From assembly GCA_017499595.2 (NCBI GenBank), contig CM039002.1:806001-870000 (forward strand): a stretch of DNA of 64,000 nt, in the 5' to 3' direction. Positions 36,585 to 49,800 of the stretch are shown here, one piece after another. The DNA is from Psilocybe cubensis (taxonomy: Eukaryota). The notes below the pieces were generated by a model. It saw only the letters and a program-made list of their open reading frames with translations. It made no database searches and was not told where the DNA came from. Position numbers and translations under genes: made by a program. Position 1 is the stretch's first letter. Every line of letters begins with the position of its first letter.

Positions 36585-37926
36585 ATGGATTCGAGCACAC
36601 CTCCTAATACTCTGTCATATTTCCCCTCAATTGGCGCGTTTATCGATAACGGAGCTCTTCAGATTGTGGAAGTTCTTACGACTTGGGTCGGATATTCTGG
36701 TGTCGTCTATCGGGCAGTCGATACCCGCACCCGGCATCCTTCGGGTCAAAAGAAATATTTTTCTGTGAGATGTCTTTGTATCTCTGTCTTCCCGAACACG
36801 GCAAAACGTCAAAAGGAGATATACTTACGAGGAGTTATGTTGCACCGTCTTGCATCAGCGCATCCAGGAATCATCGATATTCATCATGTGTTCGAGCAGG
36901 ATAACCGTTTATACATTATCACAAACCATGCGCCAAACGGCAATCTGGCCACTCAGATCTTTGAAAAAGGTCGCTACATTGGAAGAAATGCCGATATAAA
37001 GAGTGTTTATCTCCAGTTACTGGAAGCAGTCGATTATTGTCACTCCATCAGAATTGCACATATGCATTTAACGCCACGAAACATAGTTTGCTTTCAGGAT
37101 GGTCTTCGCGTTTCGATTACCAACTTTGGCCTTGCAACCACTGAGCGGTTTAGTGAAAATTTTCGCCAGGGAAGCGTTCGTTATATGAGCCCCGGTACGC
37201 CCTCTATCCCAAATTTTCCAAAGTTTGATTCAATTTTTACCTTTGCTTTTTAGAGTGTCATGGCGCGCAGTTTACCCATACCGGAAAATATTCTCCAAAG
37301 TTCAACGACATTTGGTCGCTTGGGATTATTATGTTGAACATGATAACTGGACGCAATTGCTGGATGGTAGCCACACCGGATGACCCCTTCTTCCGAGATT
37401 ATTCGAACAGTCCTTTTGATATCTTGCCAGTAATATATCCCATTTCTTCTGAAACGAACAACATCCTCTCTCGCATGCTCCATCCCAGCTGGTACCAGCG
37501 AAGCACACTACATGAGGTCCGCATGGCCGTTGAAAACGTTACCAACTTCTACTCGGAGGATGCCTTTTTTTCAGGAGGCATGGCATGCTTCCGTCGTCAG
37601 GAAATTAAAGAGAGTCCCCTCACGAGAGCAATGCGTGAACAACACATACTCTCAGAGGCTCCCAGGTAGTATTACTTATATTACCTACTTGGGTATTATT
37701 ACTGATCCAAATTCGCTTTAGCAGAGACAGATCTGAGGATGAAATTGATTTAAATGTTGAAGATATGGATTATTTTCGAGAAAATTACTTGAATGATTCC
37801 ACACTTTCACTCAGTACGGCATATTCCAACCCTCATTCTAGCATTGAAACATGCGACTACGGGCAATATTATACGAGACATGCAATCTCTGATGATTCGC
37901 TAGTACTTGAAGCTGGTAAATGCTAG
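36585..37926 (+). CDS. Ran1/Pat1-like Ser/Thr protein kinase fold, probable pseudokinase
   Basis: YSGVVYRAVD, FSVRCL, LASAHPGIIDIH, VYLQLLEAVDYCHS, HMHLTPRNI, ITNFGLATTE, GSVRYMSPE, NDIWSLGIIMLNMITGRNCW. Confidence 0.8.
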
Positions 37927-38185
37927 TAGACGAAATAAAATTAGATTTAATGATGTAACTGTATTTTTTGTACTCGCTTCCTTGAATGGATAATGAGTGA
38001 AGTCGGAGACAGTCATCTGAGGATAATTGATAATTGATAATTAAATTGACGCACCGGTATAGCTGAAGGCTTATGGTGTTCTAACATCCCATGAATATTG
38101 GAGTCTTCCCCACCAGACACTAGGTGGAATCGCCAGCAGGACCCTTCTGCCAAATATTCCATTTTAAGATATCCACTTACTTGCA

Positions 38186-38399
38186 CACTGCTGGCGCTGA
38201 TACATATTTGATAGAAAAATATGTATTGGTAATTATGTTTCCTGTTGGTTTTTGACGTATTTTTCTCGTATATAGAGTCCGGGGTTACCGAATTAGGGAA
38301 GCCCGAAGCCTATATTCCAATAAAATACGTCAAAAAAATGTAGGAAACATAATTACTAGGTCTTATTTTCTTTGAAAATATGTATGAGCGCCAGCGGTG
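38186..38399. mobile_element. 214-bp MITE-like foldback element with CACTG/CACCG termini
   Basis: CACTGCTGGCGCTGATACATATTT...GTAATTATGTTTCCT...TTTTTGACGTATTTT (from 38186) is an imperfect ~80-bp inverted repeat of the segment ending ...ATATGTATGAGCGCCAGCGGTG (38399). No TSD seen. Confidence 0.7.
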
Positions 38400-39445
38400 A
38401 ATTGATATAGTAGCCAGTCGGAGACTGAAGTTCGGTTCCCACCTACCGTGCATTATGTAAGTGGCTATGTACATAACAACCGTCACAAATGCTAGTGACT
38501 GCCCTGCCATGTCCCTACCAGTTTCACCTTTTTGCCTTGATTTTGTCTTTATCCTGTTTTTATATATAACGCTCCTTCCCAATGATCATCCTCTACCTTT
38601 TTTTCAATGCATATTGACCGACTATGATAAACGGCCACTGGATGTCCTGAAACCACTGGCAGAAGCTTGAGTTTCGAAGACCTTTCACTGCTCAAAACGC
38701 TTTAGAAACGTAGAATTGGGCGCCTTAGAAGTTGGATTTGGACCCGAACTCGTGCGGAAGGTCTCTCATCCTAAAGGACCAGTTACGAATTGCAGTGCCA
38801 ATGTGCCATCAACTGGTACGTAGCTTACTTCCGATATGCGCATATTCGGTAACAATGCCTCCCAGCAAACTTTGCATTTGTTCTAGCGAAACATGCTTGG
38901 ACTCGTCTTGGAGCTTCTATGCCATTTTCTCCACTTGAACTTCCTGTATTCTTTTTGTGCGGGACCGGTACCAAAATCGTATCTGGGGTGCGCCCCCGCA
39001 TGCCGGTTGCAATGCATTTATATACTTGAAATAATTTGTAGCCGACTTTTGACCGAGGTTCAAGCCGCTCCTTCTGCAATCAAAGTTTTTGGAAGCTTTC
39101 ACTTCTGGTTTATTCTACTACACCAATACAGTGTGGTAAACATTTACTTTTCAAAGAACATAGGCTCTAGATAACCTATGCATGCCTTAGCATCAACGTC
39201 GACATACCAGCAAGCGCGCCGCCAACTACAGCAACGGAGTCTTTAGTATGCTGCCGCTGGAAGCGTCTCGAGATCATTTTTCATGTGGAAGTTATATAGG
39301 AGGTACCATACTGGTGGCCGACCGACCCACTGCGAAGTCGCGTGTTCATTTTTTTGATACAAAAAAGCACATTTAAAACAAGCTTCTTCGCGAGTTAGTG
39401 ACATTCACGTTATCTCTCACTTTGGACCCTCAATAATTCTGACCT

Positions 39446-41300
<1,855 letters not shown>

Positions 41301-41465
41301 ACGTAATTGATTTAAATCTGCACGTTTCAAGGCGATCCCAATAAGTGTCCTCTTTAATGTAATCATCGTAGCAATTTAACTATGAACGACGTGTGAACGA
41401 CATGTCGATTTGTCGTTTGATACGTTGAATCCAAGGGGATGCTTGTAACTAGTCCCAAGCTAACA

Positions 41466-43867
41466 TTAATTTCCAAGTGTCCACCACAGCATAGAGGCAG
41501 AAAGAACGACAGCGCTGAGGATGGGGACGAAGCCCAACCCCGAATTCGAAAACTTCGCCGCATTTGGACCTACAGCTACATAGTGGCTCCAGTCAATCTT
41601 ACGGCATGCCCACCAAAATTGAAGAGCAGAGCCTAGCCGATCCATGCGCGCTGTCATCAGAACATATTTGGATAAAGAAAATGCGCCCACCGACCTGGGA
41701 AGATTGAGACGTTCCTGCCGTTATGACCAGCTCTGTACCACGATGAGCAGAATGAAAACACCATGTCATTGAGTTTGGATTGGAGGCCTTTGTTGTAATC
41801 GTCATTAGCTTTGGGTGTTACTTCAAAAGAGGTAACCTCATTGTCGAGAATGGGTTTGACCAATTGCATGATGTGTAATAACTAATTGGAAGAGAGATAA
41901 ATGACCAGAAGACTAGATTCACATAAGTTACTTGCCTGGGACTCAGTAAAGAATAGCACAGATGTATATCCGGTAGCAGTGTTGGGTCCTAAAACGCAGT
42001 TAGATTCCACACCTTTGGAGAAGATAGATATGATAACATCATACCGTTGATCATGAAGAAGTTGGGGAATCCTGGGACCGTTGTTCCGAGATATGCCAGT
42101 GGGCCGTCATGTTTATCGTAGAACTCTTGAATGGTGGATTCTCGACCTCGAAGGTGATACGGAAATTTGTCCTGAGAGTTAAGCATTAGTCCAATTGTGC
42201 AAAGCAAACTCTCGCTAGACTCACTGTCACAAAGCCGGTTCCACAAGCGATGACATCGAAGGGAAGCTTCTCTCCTGTTGTCGTGTCAGGTATGAAACCA
42301 AAACAAATCAAAAATTATTCAGCTAAAGTACCTGTTTTCATAATTATTCCCGTCGAATCCACGGAGACAATGTCTCCTCCTTCTTTCAAGTCCACGTTTG
42401 GACGATGCAGAGATGCGAGATATCCAGAGTCAAAAACGATTCGCCGGCAACCGAGCGCTATCAGTCGTTGACTTTTAGTTATCGAGGTAGTGGTCGCGGG
42501 GGCATTACAAAACTTACGGAAAGATGGTTCAAGGAGACCGCGATATTTTTTGGGTGCGGTATCATTCATAAACTTTTTGCCAGCCTAAATGCACAAAGTA
42601 TGAGTCGAGACAATATATATATATATATTAACTAAACCGACCTTCATGAGAAAAGCCCTTGTAGTGGCCATCTTGAATATCAAGTAGAAGCTAGCCTCAA
42701 ACTACCAAAGTCCAGGTTAACGAGAAATTTGCAATCGTTAAAATTTGCAACCATACCACCCAGAACATGGTCCATCGGAAAAGCCGAGTCAGGAAAGGAA
42801 TGTGCCTAAAGGCCCATTTCCAGTAACGGTGAATCGGGGCGACCATCTACATAATAGTTGAATATTTCTTCTTCCCTAAATCAGTTATGAAAGACATACT
42901 GCTGGCAAGATCCAATTACGCGTTCGAACAAAGTGTGTCAGCTGGACACCTTCGGTCTTAGCGACGTATGGAACAAGCTGGCACCTGGTCCTCCGCATTA
43001 AACACTTTTAATTTGGGCTCTGGGTGATATAAGTAACATAGTACTCACGCTGAACCACCGTTACCAATAACTGCGATCTTCTTTCCCCGAAGATCCAAAT
43101 TTGTGTCCCACTTCGCAGTATGCATGATGGGGCCAGAGAAGTCGTTCAGCCCCGGGATATTAGGATATCTGGGGACATGAAGAATGCCGTGGGCGGATAT
43201 AACGATGTTCGCCTCCAGCACAGAGAGCTTTTGGGAACGCACGTCCTCGGTTGTGATAGTGTACGATTGCGAGGTCGCGTCCCACGTGGCTGAGATAACC
43301 TTTACTCCGAAGAGAATATGTGAAGTAAGATTATTCTTCGCCACAATGTCCTTAGTGTACGCATGGATATTGTACGCAAATTCGCAGGTGTGATCCCAGT
43401 CGTCCTTGAGATCCGTGGACAGAGAATAGTAATGAATGCTAACGTCCGACGTGCATCCCTATCCAATCGAGTGAATAAATCATAAATACAGTTTGTGCGG
43501 CGAACGTGATTAGAAACCTACTGGGTATTTATTTTCCTAGTTGATGATGTGCGTCAGTAATTTAGACGTCAAAGGACGGCAGTGGCGTAAGCCTTGAGGT
43601 CATACGTACCCTCCAGGTGCCACCAACATCGAAGGCCTTTTCTAAAATCTAATTGGTATTAAGCACGCTGAGCAACAGACAGAGAGGTGGCATTCGCTGC
43701 GGTGGAATCTACCATGAAATTTTCATAGCCGTGCTTTTTTAATGCTATCGCAGCTGCGATACCGCCAAATCTGGACAGGGTACTTCAATGATGAGGTGGG
43801 TAGTGTGCAAAACCTGATGAACTCACCCCGCTCCAACGATAACGACGGATCGATTTTTGGAATGCAT
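41466..43867 (-). CDS. Flavin-dependent monooxygenase, Baeyer-Villiger (type I BVMO) family
   Basis: MHSKNRSVVIVGAG; VGGTW..NKYPGC; BVMO fingerprint FSGPIMHTAKWD; IAVIGNGGSA; LGCRRIVFDSGYL; AYLGTTVPGFPNFFM. Confidence 0.9.
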
Positions 43868-45303
43868 ACTGGGAAAAAGAGGCGGTTTTCTTGTATCATG
43901 GGGCTTTTATCTGAAAGTGAACAGTGGAGTCGACAATACACAAGCTTTCTCCCCTGGCCCCAGGCATTACAGCATTACAAACACCAAACGGGCCTATAAT
44001 TGCATCTGTCACCGCTTAATTTGAAAAAAATTACATAGATGGGAACGAATCGACCAGTAGCATGTTCCTTTCGCCGAGCATGAGAAAATCCGAAGCAGCA
44101 CTAAGTGCCTAAACGCAGCTAATCACAATACAATTGAATGGTGCCCTCCAAGACAGCTTAATCCGCGATAGAACATATCAATAAGAATAGGAATGATTTC
44201 ACAAGCTTAAGATACACATTCGCTGCCTTCCCATGGAGATTTAATAAACGGTTGTTGTCTAGAGGAGTATACAGAGGGCATGTGCTTTGATGCTTGAACC
44301 TTCGATGTATAGGAGGTTCGCAGTATATAAGGCGCTTTGCTAGAGAGGCACGGACATTCTTTTCCCGTCCCGGTCGGTGATGAAGTATCGGCGCATCTTG
44401 GAGTCAAGCATTCGATTGTACATGTTTCGGGAAGATTACAGTCAAATTGGACAGTCGGTACAAGGCAAGTATGGAGGGAACATCATAGGGCATGAGAAGA
44501 TCGCCTCAATTCTGATGGATCCCAATTGCAGGGCACGAAATGGGTCTATGAGACAAAGTTGGAAAGCTGGTCAGGCGCAACGCCTGTCAACTTGCGCCGC
44601 AATTACAGTAAAATTGGTCCGTCGTTTCCAAAAAGTGAGTTTGTCCGGCGCGGCAAACAGCATAGCCTGGAAATCGTTGAAGATATGCGTTGTGAATCGT
44701 AAACATGGTCAATAGCAGAGTCAGAAAGGAAACGGGGTCAATTGGGGGTTTGAATGCCAGTAACTTTAAGTAGAAGTATGCAATGTTCTGTTAACGTATC
44801 CTCGGAGTTTGAATCGCCTGTCCGGCCAAACATTTCCCGTCCCGGTCAGGTGATTGTACTGTTATCTAATTTGCTTAAGTCATTGGAATCGGCCATCCCC
44901 TCGGGCATTTCTTTAACTTCAACCGCCAATTAATCTCTCTCTCAACTTCAGTTTACTGGTCGCCGAACAGGGATCTTCTGTTTTTATGATTCTGTCTTAC
45001 TCATGATGACTATCGGTGTCTTATTTTCCGGATGTCTAAGTGAGCTTGCACTGGGAGTAAGATTGCTTCGCCATAGCATACACTGTATTGCATGATCGTA
45101 ACTTGGGTACTCTTGCTTTGAAAGAATCGGCCAACAACGGGAAAGTATGACATGTATCTGAATCATGGACCATGCAGGGGCGCTATGTAAATCTTGTTAC
45201 CCCGCTGAAATATAAAAGGAGTGCGATTCTTTGTCCTTCCACAACATATCACACTCCGACGAGTTTACTGCCTTATATTCTCTTGCTCTCTAGAATCTGT
45301 ACT

Positions 45304-46309
45304 ATGCCTTCCTCTGTTCTTCTTCTTGGTGCAACTGGCGGAATCGGTGCCCTAATCGCAGGTCAACTTTCCAGTCATCGGCACCAATTTGATCGCGTTG
45401 CATTTTTAACAGCAATAGCCGACGCTGGCCCAGAAAAGGAGGCCAAGTACAAGGCTGTCCCTTTGCCTCGCATTGTCGGGGCTCTCGATGATCCCGCATC
45501 ATACAATGGCTTCGATATTGTCGTTTCCTCCGTCAACGACTTGGAAGGTGCACAAATTAGATACATCGACGCCGCATTTGCAGGTGGCATCAAGCATTTT
45601 TACCCCGCTGAATGTAAGGGCTGGTTCTGCTCGTTTTAAACACCTCTTAATATGAATTTTTTTTAGTTGGAATGGATCTTACGCGCCCTGAAATCCAAGA
45701 AGAATCATTCTTTGCACGGAAGCTGAATATTCGCAAACATCTTGAACATGTTGTCAGTCAAGATCCATCCAGGGGCTTTACATATATCCTGGTGGGCATG
45801 TGGAGCAACTGGATGTTGGACTTCAACATTTTCGGTCTCTCTGACGACAAAAAGAGCGCCACTTTCGTAGGAGCTCCGGACACGCTGCTGACCACCACCC
45901 ACGCTGAAGAGTTAGTTTGTCTTGCAAATTTCTATTTTGAATGGGAATCTGACTTCTTTTCAGCGTCGCCTCTGTTACTGTTCTTTCGCTCTTACCTTCG
46001 CATTTGAAGTCGTTGTCGGAGCGTCGCCATATTCGCCTCGCTGGATCGACCTTGACAATTTCACAGTATTATTCTGTCTTGTCAAAGGTCCTTGGGCACG
46101 ATATTAACGTTCAATACGTCTCCAAAGAAGCCTCATACTCTGAGGCCGAGGACCCCAAAGAAAAATCCAACCACTTAGCAATTATACTCGCATCTCTGAA
46201 GCGCACCCTTGGGTTTGGAGGATCTGTCTTGGAAGGAGTTGACAACGACTCGTATCCGGAGATCACAGTAAAATCATGGGAGGAGGTGGTAAAGGCAAGG
46301 TTTTCTTGA
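45304..46309 (+). CDS. NmrA/isoflavone-reductase-like NAD(P)-binding protein
   Basis: MPSSVLLLGATGGIG Rossmann motif; QIRYIDAAFAGGIKHFYPAE; FTYILVG; three exons. Confidence 0.85.
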
Positions 46310-46874
46310 AACAATACGCAATTTTTATATAAATGCCGGAAGATGATGATTGCATGTGTACCAAATATCTTCCTGAACCATTAACCAAGATGCGACAGGT
46401 TTATTTTGACATTCAAAGAGTTTCTAAGCGTTGGATATTGGTTGTATGACTTCAGGCTGGCACCGAATATAAAACTATAATGATACGTCGAAGCAATCAA
46501 AATTAAACCTTTGTTTGCGAGCCTTGGGGAAAGACGGCGAAGACTGGGTAAATCTGCTGATACAACTGGGCCCATCGGGAAGCTTATCGGTGATGATTGG
46601 TATCCCTAAAAAAGCAAGAATTGAGAGAATCATTCAACGTCAAATCAGCTTTTCTTAGATGTACTATCTCTTCTCAGGAATTCATTGGCTTAAGCTTCCA
46701 ACCAGAACGCGAAATAAGACGGCAAAAATCATAATGGGTCGTAAAATCGTCACAGAGATACAGTGAGATACAGGGTTACAATCGAAAATGTAGAAATCAT
46801 AGACATAATGAATCATGAACGTCACACAAGAAAAATGGGGTTGACCATCTATCGGTCGCAGAAATAATGCCAGC

Positions 46875-49800
46875 TTATTTCTTTTTCTTCTTCTTCTTTC
46901 CACCACCAGTGGTTACAGCGGCAGCAGCTTGTTCAGGTTCGGCTTCAGCCACAACAGGAGATTCGACAACTGGCGTCTCTGGCTCGGCCGTAGGCGTATC
47001 TGCTGCACCTCCTGCTGCACCCTTCTTTTTCTTCTTCTTCTTGCTTCCAGTGGCGGCCCCAGTATCTGCTTCCTCAGCCTTCTCTTCGCCCTCTGCATCT
47101 CCTTTGTTTTCTTCAATGGGACTAACTATATCTTGAGGATCGGAGGGATCAGCTGGAGTAGCCTCTGGTTCTGCAGCAGGTGCTTCAGCAGCAGGAGCAG
47201 GAGCAGGAGAGGGTGCTCGTGATGGCACTCTCGAAGGAGGTTTGGAGGCCGTTTTCCCTATACCACCAAATCCAAAGTCAAGGTTGGGTCCAGAAGAACC
47301 AAAGTTGAACGTCTCAGTTGCCGGTAACTCCACGGGGGACGGTTTAGGAGATGGTTTTGGTGAAGCTGGTTTATCGGCGCTCAACGACGCGCCGAAGGAT
47401 CCCCAGCCGCCTAAGCCCGAGCCGAAAGCTGAAGGTGGACTGGTGACCACAGGTGTAGAAGCTTTGGATCCTTTCTTCTTCTTGCTGGTGGTAACTGGAG
47501 TGCCCCAGCCACCCCAGCTGTCGTCTCCGCCGCCAGTATCTGTTGATAACCATGGTTTGTCTGGAGGATTAAGAGAAGACGAAGAGAAAAGCCCACCAGA
47601 GGAAAGGGTGGCGACATTGCCGAATGATGAAATAGGTGCATTGAATCCAGCATCTGCCTTTTCCTTTTCAGCCTTCTCTTGTTCAGCCTTTTCTGCTTTC
47701 TCTTTCTCCTCCTTTTCCTTGGCAGCCTTCTCCTTTTCTTCCTGCTCAGCTTTAGCCTTACGCTCTTTCTCGGCCTCTTCGGCCAATCTGGCAGCTTCAG
47801 CCTCCTGTTTCTCTAGTTCTGCAAGTTCCTCAAGCAACTTCTTCTCCGCCTCCGCCGCTTCTTTTTCAAGTCTTTCTTGCTCTGCCTTTGCTTTCTCAGC
47901 CTCCGCCGCTTTCTGTGCCTCTTCCTCTGCCTTCTTTGCTTCTTCTTCTGCTTTCTTAGCCTCCGCCTCTTTCTCAGGTGCCTCCTGTGCTTGCTGAGAC
48001 TTGGTCGCCGCAATAGGACTCGCCGCAGCACTAGCGGCATTGCCTTTCTTCTTCTTCTTCTTGCCAGTGACAGTAGTTTCCTTGACTTCCTCAACAGGGG
48101 TCGCGACCTCTACTGGAGGCTCGGGCTGAGGAGTAGGCACCCGTGGCGCTGGATCAGGTTGAGGTGTCGGCGCGCGCGAAATAGCCTTTGGCTGAGGCGA
48201 CGGGGCGCGCGAAGGTGCCTTTGGTTGCGATTGATCTCCTAATCCAATATCATTCCACCCATCTCCACCTCCAGAGCCCTTGTTGTTGTCGTTGAATCCC
48301 CAGCTATCTCCTCCAGCTGGTTCTTTATGCTCTCCAAGTCCCCAACTATCGACGGCAGAGGTGCCTTTATTCTCTGTGAAACCCCAGTCGAAGTCATTGG
48401 CGGGTGTCGTGGCTGCAGCCGGGGTATGAATCTGAGACGCAGGATTGAGTGGACTAAGTGGCTTGTCCTTCTTCTCGAAAGGCGAGGGTGCCTTTGATCC
48501 CCAAAGGCCGCCGCCGCCACTGGCGAATGGTGAACTTGTCACTGCAGAGGCGACAGGTACCTCCTCGTGAAGAGCATCAATGGTGTTACCAAACGGCGAC
48601 TTCTTCGGCGAGGGTGCTTTCGATCCTGATCCCCAGCCCAAACCAGCAGGAGATGATGATTCTACAGGGGCAGCAGCACTTGAAGGCTCTTCATTAAGGT
48701 TATCCGCTGCTTGGCCAAATGGCGACTTGTTTGCACCGAACAACGGGGATGCACGAGAAGCCAGACCACTCGCAGGAGCAGAGGCAACAGGTGTAGCTGC
48801 AGGAGATGCAGCTGCGGTGTTGGCCGCCGATCCTTTCTTCTTTTTCCCAGATTTGGTGGTAGCGGTTGTTGCAGCCGAAGGCGATTTCGAGACCGCAAAG
48901 CCCCATCCATCGTCGGCAGTGGGAGTTGTGGTATCAAATACAGCAGCAGGAGAAGGATTACCGAACAGAGAGTCGGCGCCGACGCCAACCTGAGCAGCAG
49001 GACCAGAATCACCAAACATAGCTGGAGGCGGTGGGTCATCCGCAAAGACATTGTGTTGAGGATCACCAAATGCAGATCGAGGCTTTTCGTAGAACGAGCC
49101 TTCGACACCGCTCTTGGGACGGTCGATAAAAGGCGACGAAGTGCGTGCAGGGGGGGCAGCAATGTCATGACCGAACGCTGATTTAGGACGGTCAAGCGGT
49201 TGCTCAGGGATAAAGGGTGACCTTGGCTGGCTATGTGGCTGTTCCTGAGCGAAAGGCGATTTGGGTCGGTCCACATAAGGAGAGCTTGATCGCTCTGGAA
49301 CGACATCCGAGACGCCTGGTTGAGGGGCGTCCCACACATGGCTTTGCCTACGTTCTTCAACAGCAGACGGCGGGGCAGCTGATAAGTCTTGTGGTTGTGA
49401 ATATTCACCACCAGCCGGAGATCCATACATTGAAGGTGACCGCGAGTGAGGAGGGTTGATGGTGGGCGATCGAGATTGAGCAGGGTACACACTAGGAGGC
49501 CGCGATGGTTGCTGTCCAGGATGAACGCTCGGAGGGCGAGATGGCTGAGCAGGATGAACACTTGGCGGGCGGGAGGGCGGAGCAGAAGTGGAAGGTGGTG
49601 GCTGCCAATTCGACGACAATAAATCACCACCGCCATTGGTGCTCTGAACTTTGGCAATAGACGGTGCTCCATACGCACTGCTGCGTGTGCGCTCGACAGG
49701 GGTCGCAGAGCCAGGTCCGTTGCTGAAACCTCTATCTCTATCGTCTCGGCTATACTGGCTTTCCCTCTCCCTTCCTTTTCTTCTATCAGAATCGCTTCCT

